This document shows positions 27,587 to 38,642 of a DNA stretch of 64,000 nucleotides, piece by piece. The DNA lies in assembly GCA_965209155.1 (NCBI GenBank), contig OZ242383.1, positions 3,712,001 through 3,776,000 of the forward strand, in the 5' to 3' direction. The DNA comes from a bacterium. GTDB lineage: Bacteria > SAR324 > NAC60-12. The notes beneath the pieces are model-generated. The model made no database searches, was not told the DNA's origin, and worked only from the letters and a program-made list of their open reading frames with translations. Each line of letters opens with the position of its first letter. Position 1 is the first letter of the stretch. The position numbers and the translations under genes were made by a program.

Positions 27587-27679
27587 ATTGGTTTGCGCTC
27601 AATCACGTTCAAGCAGTCGTGATTGAAAATGAGGACGGAGTGGACTTCGAGGACGGTCATTTGTGTGAAGCAACGTTTC

Positions 27680-28465
27680 CTAGAGGTCAATATCCACGCC
27701 GATGGGGCAGTGGTCGGAACCGCGTTCGTCTGGCCAGATGAAGGCGTTCCGTACCCGCTTCATCGCGGCAGGCGAAGCGAGTACGTAGTCGACTCGCCAG
27801 CCGACGTTTCGTTCACGCGTACCACCCCTTTGACTCCACCAGGTATAATGGTCGGGTTCCTCGGGATGAAAGGCACGGAAAGTGTCGACCCATCCTGCTG
27901 CGAGCCAGCGGTCGACTTCAGCCCGCTCCTCAGGAAGGAAACCGCTGCTCTTCACGTTCGATTTCGGGCGCGCCAAATCGATTTCGCAATGAGCCGTGTT
28001 GTAATCCCCAATAACGAGAACGGGATAGCGACGACGAAGACGCTGTACTTTATCGAAGACACGCTGGTAAAATTCGAGTTTGTAGGGCACCCGGCTGTTG
28101 TCCCGTTCCTTGCCACTTCCCTTTGGAAAATAACTGTTGACGATTGCGAAGCGACCAAGATCCGAGCGGAAGTGGGCGGTAATGAAGCGCCCTTCGATGT
28201 CGAATCTCGGGTCGTCCAGCGTGGTTTCCACCTGTTCCGGTTCGAGTTTGGAATAGAGCCCGACCCCGCTGTATCCCCGGCGTTGAGCTGCGGAGAAAAC
28301 GGTGTGCCAACCGGATGGGTGTCGTGCGGCCGACGGAATCTCATCGCTCAAGGCGCGGACTTCCTGTACTCCTATTATGTCGGCCTCGGAGCGCTCGAGA
28401 AATTCCGCAAATCCCTGTTTCACGCAGGCGCGTATACCGTTCACATTCCAACTGATGATTCTCAT
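27680..28465 (-). CDS. xth: Exodeoxyribonuclease III
   Basis: ISWNVNGIRA, VQE, GYSGVG, GDYNTAH, YTWWS, GWRVDY, GSDHCPI. Confidence 0.96.
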   Translation of the reverse strand: MRIISWNVNGIRACVKQGFAEFLERSEADIIGVQEVRALSDEIPSAARHPSGWHTVFSAAQRRGYSGVGLYSKLEPEQVETTLDDPRFDIEGRFITAHFRSDLGRFAIVNSYFPKGSGKERDNSRVPYKLEFYQRVFDKVQRLRRRYPVLVIGDYNTAHCEIDLARPKSNVKSSGFLPEERAEVDRWLAAGWVDTFRAFHPEEPDHYTWWSQRGGTRERNVGWRVDYVLASPAAMKRVRNAFIWPDERGSDHCPIGVDIDL

Positions 28466-28633
28466 GGATCTACCTCCGGTTCATTGTTCGTGTGGGGGCC
28501 GCATCGACCGGTTTGCAATCAACCTCGATTTTCCCGTCGTCCCCTTCAGTGGTGAATAAAAAAAGCTCTTTTTGTTTTCGGTAGCATCTCTTATTTGATT
28601 CACCAACTTCAAGTCGAATTGAAATTTCATTCA

Positions 28634-29737
28634 TCAAATACGGATCATGACTTTGTTCACTTGATCCGCATAATCCAGGTTCATCCGAAATGCTTCCGGG
28701 GTTTTCTTCAAGGGGAAGCGGTGACTGACGAGGCCCTTCAATTCCACTTGATGGCATTGGGCGAGCCTCAGGCAGCGCGGGTAGGCGTGTTTCATCCGTC
28801 TCGACATCAGAATCTTCAATTCTTTGCGACGGGCGGAGGCATGATTGAACTGAATTCGGTTCTGCGATGAAATTCCCACCAACAGCACCCGACCCGCTGG
28901 CGCAGCCATCAGGATTCCTTCGTTGACGGAATGGTCGCACCAAGCCGCTTCGATACAAATTTCGGCACCATGTCCGTGGGTTTCCTCCTGCAAGATATTT
29001 ACCGGATTTTCATTTCGGAAATTGATCGTACGAAAAGCACCCAATTCTCGGGCCAGGTCGAGGCGCCAGGGAAATTGATCAATCACGTAAACCCGGTCGA
29101 CACCCGAACGCAGGATGAGTTGCAGAATCATGAGACCAACCGCCCCGGCGCCGTGGATTACCACGCATTCTCCCAATTTCGCATTGACCAGGTCCACGGC
29201 ATGAAAGGCCACTCCCAGGGGTTCCAGCAAGGCGCCTTCTTCGGCGTCCAACTCGTCAGGGAGCGGGAAGCAACTGCGCGCTGCGATACGAATGTATTCC
29301 GCCAGGGCCCCCGGGTCGGGAAACACTCCGCAAAAATGCAAACGGTGACAGAGGTTGGGTTGCCCTTGTTCACACATGTGGCAACGGAAACAGGGTTGTG
29401 CCGGATCCACTGCCACTCGGATTCCTGGTCGTAGGGGATTTCCCAGACCATCCAGCGCTTCTGAACCCACGTCCTCCACGATTCCGCTGAACTCATGTCC
29501 GATCACCAATGGTTCAGCAAAATCGGTATCTCCGATGCGCGCGTCCTGGAAAGCATGCAAATCACTGCCGCAAATACCGACCGTCTCGACTTTGATGATC
29601 ACTTCTCCCGTGCGAGGCGCCTCTGGAACCGGAACGTGGTCCATCCGCAAATCACCAGGACCATGCAGCCTGGCCGCCATCATGGATTGCATCATTTTTT
29701 TTCTCGTTGAAGTATGGTTTGCATCATGTTTCCTCAT
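28634..29737 (-). CDS. Zinc-dependent (sorbitol/threonine-type) alcohol dehydrogenase; start uncertain
   Basis: GICGSDLH, GHEFSG, CxxCxxCxxxxxxxC, LLEPLGVA, GAGAVG. Confidence 0.9.
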   Translation of the reverse strand: MRKHDANHTSTRKKMMQSMMAARLHGPGDLRMDHVPVPEAPRTGEVIIKVETVGICGSDLHAFQDARIGDTDFAEPLVIGHEFSGIVEDVGSEALDGLGNPLRPGIRVAVDPAQPCFRCHMCEQGQPNLCHRLHFCGVFPDPGALAEYIRIAARSCFPLPDELDAEEGALLEPLGVAFHAVDLVNAKLGECVVIHGAGAVGLMILQLILRSGVDRVYVIDQFPWRLDLARELGAFRTINFRNENPVNILQEETHGHGAEICIEAAWCDHSVNEGILMAAPAGRVLLVGISSQNRIQFNHASARRKELKILMSRRMKHAYPRCLRLAQCHQVELKGLVSHRFPLKKTPEAFRMNLDYADQVNKVMIRI

Positions 29738-30093
29738 TGAAGTAAATCGGTGTCCCCGCTCGAGAATCCTCCACCCCTATAAAATCCACCGCATAGGACT
29801 TGATTGTTACAAAAAATCAATACTCACAGTCATGTCTGCAAGCCCAGAATCAACTGATCAGGCTTTGAGGGTCTACAGATAAACCGATTCCAGCCTGCTA
29901 TATTTCCTGATTTTGGAATCAATCCCAATGACTTATATCCGGGGCGGATATTCTCATCGAGAGTGTGAAATTCAGTTGTCCTCTATTTCCGGATCTGATA
30001 TAAGCTAAGCCAATAAAATACTCAGTATAAAAAATTAATAAATCGTTGCACATGGAAAAAAACGAATCTGCAAATGAAAAGAGAGGATAAACA

Positions 30094-30885
30094 ATGAGTC
30101 AACAGTTCATCAATGTCGAGAAAAAAGGTCATATTTCGATTTTGACCATGAATCGTCCGGAGGTGTTGAATGCCATCCACCCGATGATCAGCCGGGAGAT
30201 GTCGGAGGCGATCAACGAATTTGACGAAGATCCGCAACAGTGGGTGCTAATCGTCACTGGTGCGGGTGAACGCGCTTTTTCGGCAGGCAACGATTTGAAA
30301 TTCACGGCTGCGCATGGGGTATCTAAAGTGAAGGAATTGATGCAGGGCGTGAAAGGGGGATTCGGAGGTATCACCAACCGGCATGATTGCAGCAAACCTT
30401 TTATTGCCGCCGTCAATGGATTCGCCTTTGGTGGAGGATTCGAGATCGCCCTTGCCTGTGACATCATCATTGCTTCCGAAAATGCCCTCTTCAGTTTTCC
30501 GGAACCACGAGTGGGATTGATGGCGGCAGCGGGAGGGGTGCACCGTTTGCCTCGCAGGATCCCTTACCACCTGGCCATGGAAATGCTGCTCACTTCGAGC
30601 AGGGTCAGTGCCGAGCAAGGGAAAGCCTGGGGGTTCGTCAACAAAGTCGTACCGACGGAGCAATTGATGCGCACGGCTGAATCCTATGCGGAAGAAATCA
30701 TGAAAGGAGCGCCTATTTCGGTGAGAGCGAGTAAAGAATCTGCGAATGCCGGTATGGACTATTCGCTTACTGAAGTGATTACCAAGGTATTCCCCCAGCA
30801 TAAAGCGATGCAAGAGTCCGAGGATACGGTCGAAGGCCCCAAAGCCTTTGCGGAGAAACGTCCTCCCCGGTGGAAAGGACGTTGA
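30094..30885 (+). CDS. Enoyl-CoA hydratase/crotonase (CaiD-like)
   Basis: RAFSAGNDLK, KPFIAAVNGFAFGGGFEIALACD, PEPRVGL, AFAEKRPPRW. Confidence 0.92.
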   Translation: MSQQFINVEKKGHISILTMNRPEVLNAIHPMISREMSEAINEFDEDPQQWVLIVTGAGERAFSAGNDLKFTAAHGVSKVKELMQGVKGGFGGITNRHDCSKPFIAAVNGFAFGGGFEIALACDIIIASENALFSFPEPRVGLMAAAGGVHRLPRRIPYHLAMEMLLTSSRVSAEQGKAWGFVNKVVPTEQLMRTAESYAEEIMKGAPISVRASKESANAGMDYSLTEVITKVFPQHKAMQESEDTVEGPKAFAEKRPPRWKGR

Positions 30886-31030
30886 AAAAGAATTCCGAAC
30901 TTTGTAGCCTGCCAGCGTGTTGGCGAAACAAACGAGCAGGCAATGCAATGTTGGAAATACAAACCCGAAATTGCTTGATTGAAAAATTCGGGTATTCGTT
31001 ACGCGTCGTGATCGTATCAGAATAGTTTGA

Positions 31031-31600
31031 ATGGCTGTTTACGGTAAATTACTGGCTGGTTTCCTTTTTTCCAGCAAACCATTGTTTGAAAACGCCCTGC
31101 GGCAATTCGCTGAAAAAACTGGAAGTGTCCAGCGGCGATCAGAATGCTATTTGTTCGAGGAAACCAAATACTATGCAGTCGAAATGTCAGCAACCCTGTA
31201 CAGGCAGTATGTGAGTTTTTCAGGAGTAATTACGCTTGAGGACGCAATCCGTTGGAAACAATGGGCCTGCCTGGTGGAAGACTCGTTACGCGTGAATGGA
31301 AATCGGCAAGTCAATGTGGATCCCGGATTCCTGGATTTGCACAAGATTGTTCTACTTTCCTCCAAGGCCGCTGGTCATAAAATTTACCTGGGAGATCAAG
31401 TGTGGGCAGATTTGGCGCTTTTCAAGGAAAAAGGAGGTTACCGGCATTTTGCCTGGACTTTCCCGGACTTGCGTACGCATAAATACGACAGCTGGTTTTT
31501 ACAGGCTCGGGTTGATTTTAAAAAAGATTTGAATATGCTAAGAAAAATGAGTGAAAGTAACGAGGATTTGATCACGTTTTACAGGAAGGAAGAGCAATGA
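31031..31600 (+). CDS. DUF4416-like protein
   Basis: TKYYAVEM, RQVNVDPGFL, HKIYLG, WTFPD pattern, recognised from memory of the family. Confidence 0.7.
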   Translation: MAVYGKLLAGFLFSSKPLFENALRQFAEKTGSVQRRSECYLFEETKYYAVEMSATLYRQYVSFSGVITLEDAIRWKQWACLVEDSLRVNGNRQVNVDPGFLDLHKIVLLSSKAAGHKIYLGDQVWADLALFKEKGGYRHFAWTFPDLRTHKYDSWFLQARVDFKKDLNMLRKMSESNEDLITFYRKEEQ

Positions 31601-31977
31601 ACATAGCACTGTGGATCGTTCAAGTTGCCCTGGCGGCAGTATTTGTCATGTCGGGGGGATTCAAAGTTGTACAACCGATAGAGACGTTGGGGGCTGAAAT
31701 GGCGTGGGTTGCCGATGTTTCACCGGCTTTAATTCGCTTTATTGGAATTAGCGAGGTTTTGGGAGCAGTGGGTATCATCCTACCCGCGCTTACCAGGATT
31801 TTACCGTGGCTCACCCCGCTGGCTGCTGCAGGATTGGGAACCGTGATGGTTCTGGCCGGCATTTTTCATCTCACTCGTGGAGAATTCATGGCGGTTGTTC
31901 CCAATCTTGTATTACTCGCACTGGCGCTTTTCGTAGTTTATGGACGATTGAAATTGCATCCGATTGCTGCGAAATGA
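31597..31977 (+). CDS. DoxX family membrane protein
   Basis: MNIALWIVQVALA...SGGFK...RFIGISEVLGAVGIILP...LTPLAAAGL. Confidence 0.88.
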   Translation: MNIALWIVQVALAAVFVMSGGFKVVQPIETLGAEMAWVADVSPALIRFIGISEVLGAVGIILPALTRILPWLTPLAAAGLGTVMVLAGIFHLTRGEFMAVVPNLVLLALALFVVYGRLKLHPIAAK

Positions 31978-31993
31978 ACAGAAACGTCAAAAC

Positions 31994-32084
<91 letters not shown>

Positions 32085-32101
32085 TTTACATCGCAGACCC
32101 C

Positions 32102-32971
32102 ATGTTGAAAAAGCATCCTTTTCTTTCCAGCATTTTAATTCTGTTCGTATTGCTGATCATTTTCACGGTATTGTTGAACCTGACGCAGCAGGAACGCTTA
32201 GCATATTGGCAAAAAGGGGTCATCGGTGTCATAGAGGTGCAGGGTATGATCCTGGACCCCGATCCGATTGTGGCTCAGATTGAAAAAATGAAACGAACCG
32301 AAAGCGTCTTGGGCGTAGTGGTTCGATTGAACAGTCCGGGAGGAAGCGTTGTGGCAGCCCAGGAAATCTATGGGATGCTGAATCGTCTGAAGTCAGTCAA
32401 ACCCGTCTATGCATCCATGGGTGCGGTTGCCGCATCAGGAGCCTATTACGTTGCTTGCGCCACCGATCGGATTTATGCCAATCCGGGAACCATCACCGGT
32501 AGTGTCGGTGTATTGTTACAATGGTTCAATTTTCAGGAACTTGCCGATAAAGTTGGTGCGAAAACCCTGACAATCAAGAGTGTTCAAAACAAAGACCTCA
32601 TGTCGATGTTCCGGGAAATCGATGAATCGGAACGCCAAATTCTGCAGCAACTGGTCGATGACACCCATGAACAATTCATTCAAGCCATTCTGAAAGGTCG
32701 TGAGCAGTTGAAAGAGGATCAAATACGAGAATGGTCGGATGGACGTATTTTAGCAGGAAAAAGAGCCCGGTCGTTGGGAATGATCGATGAACTGGCAAGC
32801 TATCCCGAAGTCGTTAAAATAATGGGTAAGGAGTTGGGACTGGAGGAGCCCATCCGTACTATCGGGTTCGATGAAAAAGAATTTTCATTGACTTCACTGC
32901 TTGGATTGGCCACTTTGAAAGGCATCCTGCCCATACCTTCGGGAATTCGTTTGAGCTATCTTTTGGAATAA
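32102..32971 (+). CDS. sppA: Signal peptide peptidase SppA (36K type)
   Basis: RLNSPGGS, VAASGAYYVA, ANPGTITGSVGV. Confidence 0.93.
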   Translation: MLKKHPFLSSILILFVLLIIFTVLLNLTQQERLAYWQKGVIGVIEVQGMILDPDPIVAQIEKMKRTESVLGVVVRLNSPGGSVVAAQEIYGMLNRLKSVKPVYASMGAVAASGAYYVACATDRIYANPGTITGSVGVLLQWFNFQELADKVGAKTLTIKSVQNKDLMSMFREIDESERQILQQLVDDTHEQFIQAILKGREQLKEDQIREWSDGRILAGKRARSLGMIDELASYPEVVKIMGKELGLEEPIRTIGFDEKEFSLTSLLGLATLKGILPIPSGIRLSYLLE

Positions 32972-32975
32972 TGAG

Positions 32976-33287
32976 ATGATGCGCTATATCTGGTTGATTT
33001 TCTTGTCATTATTTTTAATCTTCATTACAATTTTCTCCTATCAGAATCAAGAACTCGTTACTTTGCGGTTCCAGTTGGACTGGATCAACATCAGCTTCGT
33101 TTTTTCCGGGCGTCCCGTGTTTATTCCCATATTTCTTGCAATGGCAGCCGGAATTTTGTTTTCAACTCTGTATTTTTTCAGCTACCACGCTCAGCTTCGA
33201 GTAAAAATCCAGAAACAGAGCAGCGAAATCTTTCGATTGAAAAAGCAAATACTGCTGGAGCGTGAGAAACAGCGCAAGCAAGGGTGA
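32976..33287 (+). CDS. LapA-like small membrane protein with coiled-coil tail
   Basis: TM-QNQELV-TM-charged tail architecture. Confidence 0.55.
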   Translation: MMRYIWLIFLSLFLIFITIFSYQNQELVTLRFQLDWINISFVFSGRPVFIPIFLAMAAGILFSTLYFFSYHAQLRVKIQKQSSEIFRLKKQILLEREKQRKQG

Positions 33288-33293
33288 TTGACC

Positions 33294-34961
33294 TCACTGC
33301 GGACCGTTCCAAGACGGGTCGCTGGTGCTCTCTTTCTCCTGTGTTGAGCCTCCCGGCATTATGAGAAACAATGAGGCGATCAGGGAAAAAGCTATCACAA
33401 CCAGGTTGACGAGAAACACATCTCGTACCGCCCCGGCCAGCGCAGAGTTGAGAGATCCGAACAGCATGTCCGTCAGGTGGATGCCTTCAGAACCGGATTC
33501 CGCGAATTCAATTCGCAATGTATCGACTGTGGAAGGATCGACAAAGGACCTCGGGTTGTCTCTAATGGCATCGAGCCGGTCAGGAGGGAGAGCGGTTCTG
33601 ACAGCATCGGGAAGTGTCTCTTCCAACCGGGTTGCGAACCTGTTCGTCATCACTACGCCCAGGACGGAGAGCCCCAGCACGCCACCAACCAACCTGAAGA
33701 ATTGGAGAGTGGAAGTGGCCATTCCCAAGAGAGCAGGCGACACGGAATTCTGCACGGCCACGTTGAATGTTGCCAGCGTACCGCCCAGCCCGAAACCCAT
33801 GATCGCGATATAGAGCATGGCCAGGGCAAAACTCGTATTTTCATTCAAGGTGAATATCAAAAACATGCCCATCGTCATGGTAGCCGTATTGATCAGAGCC
33901 TGTATCCGGAAGCGACCGGTTATCGAAAGCAGCAACCCCGACAGAATCGCGCCGAAGACGATTCCGAGAATCATGGGAGTCAGGAAACTACCGCTGCTCG
34001 TCGCAGACGTGCCCAGCACTCCTTGAAAGAACAGTGGAATAAAAAGGATACTTCCGTACAATCCAAAACCGGTCAGGGATGCGGCGACCACCGCGACGGA
34101 TACCACCTGGTTGGCGTATATTCCCAGGGGCATGATGGGGGAATCCGATTTGGACTCTATGACCAGGAAAGCCATGATCATGATCAATCCGAATACCAGA
34201 AAACCGAGAATTTGCGGAGAGTTCCACGGATAGAGGACGCCTCCCCAGGACAGGGCCAGGAGGACAGGTGTCACCGCGAGGACCAAGGTCAACATGCCGG
34301 GATAGTCCAAACTGGGATTATCCATTTCTTCGGGCCGGATGTTCGGGTAGGTTCGCAGGATCAACAACAACACGGGGATGCCCGCAGGTACATTGAAGAG
34401 AAAGATCCAATTCCAGGAAATCGTATCGGTGATGAAACCACCCAGGAAGGGTCCAATCACCGAGGAGATGCCGTAGACGAGACCGAACAGTCCCTGAAGT
34501 CTGCCTCGCGCCCGAGGAGGAAACAGGTCTGCGATGGCTACGAGACTGTTGACCATGATGATTCCACCGCCAAGACCTTGGATGGCACGGGCAATGATGA
34601 GTTGGGTCATTGACTGGCTCAAACCCGCCAGGAGCGATGCAATCATGAAGATGACGAGACCCAGGATGAAGAATATCTTGCGGCCGTATAGATCGCTCAA
34701 CCTGCCCACAATCGGGATCGCTATCGTAGACGAGATCAGGTAAGCAGTCGCTGCCCACGTATAACGCTCAAATCCACCCAGCTCCATAATAATACCTGGC
34801 ATGGCGGTGGCGACGATGGTCTGGCTCAACGCAGCCAGCAACATTGCCAGCATCACTCCACTCATCACCAGAAAGATCTGTTTTGGGGAACGTTGCTTGA
34901 ACTCTTTTGCCAACCTTTGATGCGTGGTGGTATCCGTTTTGGCCTCACTTTTGGTGTTCAT
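33294..34961 (-). CDS. MFS multidrug efflux transporter (DHA2/EmrB-QacA type)
   Basis: QTIVATAMP, GRLSDLYGRK, RAIQGLGGG, GPFLGG, WNWIFLFNVP. Confidence 0.93.
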   Translation of the reverse strand: MNTKSEAKTDTTTHQRLAKEFKQRSPKQIFLVMSGVMLAMLLAALSQTIVATAMPGIIMELGGFERYTWAATAYLISSTIAIPIVGRLSDLYGRKIFFILGLVIFMIASLLAGLSQSMTQLIIARAIQGLGGGIIMVNSLVAIADLFPPRARGRLQGLFGLVYGISSVIGPFLGGFITDTISWNWIFLFNVPAGIPVLLLILRTYPNIRPEEMDNPSLDYPGMLTLVLAVTPVLLALSWGGVLYPWNSPQILGFLVFGLIMIMAFLVIESKSDSPIMPLGIYANQVVSVAVVAASLTGFGLYGSILFIPLFFQGVLGTSATSSGSFLTPMILGIVFGAILSGLLLSITGRFRIQALINTATMTMGMFLIFTLNENTSFALAMLYIAIMGFGLGGTLATFNVAVQNSVSPALLGMATSTLQFFRLVGGVLGLSVLGVVMTNRFATRLEETLPDAVRTALPPDRLDAIRDNPRSFVDPSTVDTLRIEFAESGSEGIHLTDMLFGSLNSALAGAVRDVFLVNLVVIAFSLIASLFLIMPGGSTQEKESTSDPSWNGPQ

Positions 34962-35065
34962 GACCTCTCGTTGAAAGGGGACTGGCCTGGTAGGCGGAAC
35001 GTGCTTTGGAGCGCAAAGCGAAATAGCTCTTCTCTGTCAAATGCGAAATTGAAGAAAAAATACGT

Positions 35066-35824
35066 TTACGGAAGTACAGGTTCCAGTTTTTTCAGAAAAT
35101 CCAGATAATTCAAGGGAATGCGCTGCTGAATAACTCGGGCTTTTTTTTGCAACAAAGATCGATCGAAAATGCGTTTTTGAATTTCACCATACAAAATCAC
35201 GTTTCCCATAACAGGAACGGGGGCTTTCCAAACGGTTTCAAAGACTCCCTGCCATTTTCTGATTTTTTCAGAAAAGTTTTCGTGCGAAGACCAAAGATTT
35301 CCCACAACCCAGCCTCCGGGCTTGAGTTTCCGGGAGAGAAGTCTGAAAAATTCGAGGGTATTCAAATGGGAAGGCGCACCTTCGGCCTGGAAGGCATCCA
35401 AAAAAATCAAATCATATTCATTTTTACAAGAAGCCATGGTGCTGAAACCATCCCCGAGCAGTAGACGAATGCGCTCGTTCTGCGGCAAATCGAAATATCG
35501 ATAGGCGACGGAGATCACTTCAGGGTTGATTTCGATGACATCCTGAAATGCCGAAGGATAATGTTTGTGAATGAATCGCGGAATGTTTCCTGCCCCCAGG
35601 CCGATATGAAGAATCATCTCCGGTGAGGCGCAAAAGATTAATCCCAGTGTCATATATTGGGTATAGGAGAGCAGTAAATAATCGGGATTCGCTTTGGAAA
35701 TCGCGCTTTGTATGACATGATTGCCGAATTTCAATTCCCGATGTTCCATTCGATCAATCACCTGGATTCGCATTCCCATGGATTCAGTCTCGAAAACGAT
35801 TTCTTCTTTATTTATCAATCGCAT
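35066..35824 (-). CDS. Spermidine-synthase-like SAM-dependent methyltransferase fold protein
   Basis: LHIGLGAG, IEINPEVI, GDG, YDLIFLDAF, LKPGGWV. Confidence 0.8.
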   Translation of the reverse strand: MRLINKEEIVFETESMGMRIQVIDRMEHRELKFGNHVIQSAISKANPDYLLLSYTQYMTLGLIFCASPEMILHIGLGAGNIPRFIHKHYPSAFQDVIEINPEVISVAYRYFDLPQNERIRLLLGDGFSTMASCKNEYDLIFLDAFQAEGAPSHLNTLEFFRLLSRKLKPGGWVVGNLWSSHENFSEKIRKWQGVFETVWKAPVPVMGNVILYGEIQKRIFDRSLLQKKARVIQQRIPLNYLDFLKKLEPVLP

Positions 35825-35855
35825 TTACTTTTCTTTCTGTTTGCGACAAATTGAA

Positions 35856-36956
35856 TCAAGATGAACAGGCGTTCATCATTTTTATAAAACGATTGAACAA
35901 ATAGTTGGCATCATGAGGTCCGGGTGCCGCTTCCGGGTGATATTGGACGGCATAAGCGGGATGATCCAGAGATTCGATTCCCTCCACGGTTTGGTCATTC
36001 AAATTACGATGAGTCACGCGAACGTTGGAGGGCAAAGAAGATTCCTCCACGGCAAAGCCATGATTCTGGCTGGTAATCTCTACTTTTTGCGTTGCATAAT
36101 CGATGACCGGGTGATTGGCGCCATGGTGCCCGAATTTCAATTTGTAGGTTCGACAACCCAAGGCGAGAGAAAGAATTTGGTGCCCCAAGCAGATTCCGAA
36201 TATGGGAACCCTGCCCAATAGTTGCTTCACGGCAGCAATGCTTTCATGAACGACAGCCGGGTCACCCGGGCCGTTGGAAAGAAAGACGCCATCTGGCGCA
36301 AGTTCCATGACCTCTTCCATGGAAGTGGCATGCGGTACCACCGTCGCCTCCACACCCAATCGTGCCAGGGAACGCAAGATGTTGTACTTGATCCCCACAT
36401 CATAGGCAACCACGCGAAAACGAGGTGCCCCCTCCTCACATTTCCAGGTGTATCGTTGCAAAGTCGAGACGCTGCTTGCCAGATTCCGGCCTTCCATCAC
36501 GGGCAACTTCATCGCCTCTTCACGTAACATCGCCAGATTGTCCGAACTCCCTTCAACCGGAGCAATGATCCCCGGACAAGCGCCTTGTTCCCGAATGGTT
36601 TTAACCAGGGCTCGAGTATCGATTCCTTCCAGAACAGGTACGTTCCAGGTTATAAGCCATTCTTCCAGGCTTCGATCCGCCCGCCAATTGCTGGTTACCT
36701 GGCTCAATTCTTTGACAATCAATCCCCTGGCAAATATTTTCCGTGATTCCATATCCATGGGATTGACGCCGTAATTGCCAATATGAGGATAGGTCATGGT
36801 CACTATTTGTCCGGCATAGGAGGGGTCCGTGAGAATTTCCTGGTATCCGGTCAGACCCGTATGAAAAATCACTTCCCCCTCTGCTGGCACGAATGCCCCG
36901 CGTAAGCGACCTTTAAAGATTCGGCCGTTGCTCAAGATAAGCATTCCTTCGGTCAT
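35856..36956 (-). CDS. carA: Carbamoyl-phosphate synthase small subunit
   Basis: [45 protein letters not shown]. Confidence 0.97.
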   Translation of the reverse strand: MTEGMLILSNGRIFKGRLRGAFVPAEGEVIFHTGLTGYQEILTDPSYAGQIVTMTYPHIGNYGVNPMDMESRKIFARGLIVKELSQVTSNWRADRSLEEWLITWNVPVLEGIDTRALVKTIREQGACPGIIAPVEGSSDNLAMLREEAMKLPVMEGRNLASSVSTLQRYTWKCEEGAPRFRVVAYDVGIKYNILRSLARLGVEATVVPHATSMEEVMELAPDGVFLSNGPGDPAVVHESIAAVKQLLGRVPIFGICLGHQILSLALGCRTYKLKFGHHGANHPVIDYATQKVEITSQNHGFAVEESSLPSNVRVTHRNLNDQTVEGIESLDHPAYAVQYHPEAAPGPHDANYLFNRFIKMMNACSS

Positions 36957-37106
36957 TGAAGCTCCAAAGATGAGTTGATAACTGGATAAATTCGATTTTG
37001 GATTGTCTCTTCGAGCAGGTCCATGTTAATATTTACAGCTTCGATTATACCAAGTACGGATCATTTGCGCTATTGGTATTACGCATTTTCAGCAAGAAAG
37101 CGATTT

Positions 37107-38600
37107 ATGAGCGAATCCCATTCCCAATTACGAATCAGACGAGAAAAATTAAATAAAATCAAGGAATTGGGGGTAAACCCTTATCCTTATTCTTTTGAAT
37201 GCTCCCATACGATTTCCGAGGTGAAAGAGCAGGCGAAGCTGTTGATTGAAAAGCAGCGGCAAATCGGCATCGCTGGGAGATTGATGGCCATTCGGAGAAA
37301 AGGAAAAACACTTTTTGCTCACATTCAAGGCCAACACGAACGTCTTCAAATCTATGTGCGAAAAGACAAAGTGGGCGAAGAATCATATCAAGTGGTTGGT
37401 TTGTGCGACATTGGAGATTATATTGGATTGACGGGTTTCCTGATGCATACTCAAACCGGGGAATTGACCTTGAGAGCGCAAACATTCCAATTACTCGCGA
37501 AATCACTGCGTCCGCTTCCCGTGATCAAAGTGAAAGAAATCGAAGGGGAAAAATTGCGCTTCGATGAAGTGTCGAATAAAGAATTTCGATATCGCCAACG
37601 TTATGTCGATTTGACGCTCAATGAAGAAGTGGCCAAAGTATTTCGAAAGCGATCATTGATCCTTCAAACGATACGGCAATACTTGATTGAAGCGAATTTC
37701 CTGGAAGTGGAAACTCCCATCCTGCAAGAAATATATGGAGGTGCGAATGCCACCCCATTTCAAACCTACCATAAGACTCTGGGTGTCGATTTTTATCTGA
37801 GGATTTCTGACGAACTCTACCTCAAACGATTGGTTGTCGGTGGTTTCGATCGGGTTTTTGAATTTGGAAAAAATTTTCGCAACGAAGGTATGGACCGGAC
37901 CCACAATCCGGAATTTCTCGCTCTTGAATTTTATCAGGCGTATGCCGACTATACCATTATGATGCAACACAATGAACGAATCTGGGAAAAATGCGCGCTA
38001 GCTCTTTTTGGAACCACTCGCTTTGAATTTCAAGGTACCATCATTGATGTCAAAGCTCCCTGGATGCGTATCACGATGGTGGAAGCGGTAGAGAAAATCG
38101 CAGGAATTCCGTTTTCAGATCTCAAAGACTCGGAATTACAAAATCTACTTCAAGAAAAAAATTGGAAATTGGAAGGAGCATTCACCCGTGGAAGCGCGTT
38201 GGAACGCATTTTTGAAGAAACTTGTGAAGATTCTCTCATTCAACCCACCTTTGTTCTCAATTATCCTGTGGAAAGCACCCCTCTGTGTAAAGTACACCGT
38301 GAAGACCCAACTCTGGTCGAGCGATTCGAGGCCTACGTCAACGGATGGGAAGTGGCCAATGCCTACTCGGAACTCAACGATCCCGTCCGCCAGCGATCAT
38401 TGCTGGAAGAACAGGCGAATCGCGGACGGGGAGGGGAAGCCGAAACTCATCCTTATGATGCTGATTTTATTCGAGCGATGGAATACGGGATGCCTCCCAT
38501 GGGAGGAATCGGGATAGGAATGGACCGCATGGTGATGCTCCTGACTAACCAATCGAGCATTCGGGACGTCATACTTTTTCCGACTATGAAACCGGAGTAG
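37107..38600 (+). CDS. lysS: Lysine--tRNA ligase (class II)
   Basis: RYRQRYVDL, GGANATPF, FRNEGMDRTHNPEF, NAYSELNDP, YGMPPMGGIGIGMDR; start taken at MSES. Confidence 0.97.
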   Translation: MSESHSQLRIRREKLNKIKELGVNPYPYSFECSHTISEVKEQAKLLIEKQRQIGIAGRLMAIRRKGKTLFAHIQGQHERLQIYVRKDKVGEESYQVVGLCDIGDYIGLTGFLMHTQTGELTLRAQTFQLLAKSLRPLPVIKVKEIEGEKLRFDEVSNKEFRYRQRYVDLTLNEEVAKVFRKRSLILQTIRQYLIEANFLEVETPILQEIYGGANATPFQTYHKTLGVDFYLRISDELYLKRLVVGGFDRVFEFGKNFRNEGMDRTHNPEFLALEFYQAYADYTIMMQHNERIWEKCALALFGTTRFEFQGTIIDVKAPWMRITMVEAVEKIAGIPFSDLKDSELQNLLQEKNWKLEGAFTRGSALERIFEETCEDSLIQPTFVLNYPVESTPLCKVHREDPTLVERFEAYVNGWEVANAYSELNDPVRQRSLLEEQANRGRGGEAETHPYDADFIRAMEYGMPPMGGIGIGMDRMVMLLTNQSSIRDVILFPTMKPE

Positions 38601-38642
38601 CGCCTGCCAGCGGATGTTAGACGAGTTATTTTTTAATGCAAG

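Noticed and set aside
27623..28555. 310-aa ORF antisense to xth
   Set aside because: Shadow frame of a GC-rich gene with no recognisable motifs.
33477..34613. 378-aa ORF antisense to the MFS gene, and similar long antisense ORFs over SBP, pepA, rpoD and nucleotidase
   Set aside because: Explained by codon bias of the real gene on the opposite strand.
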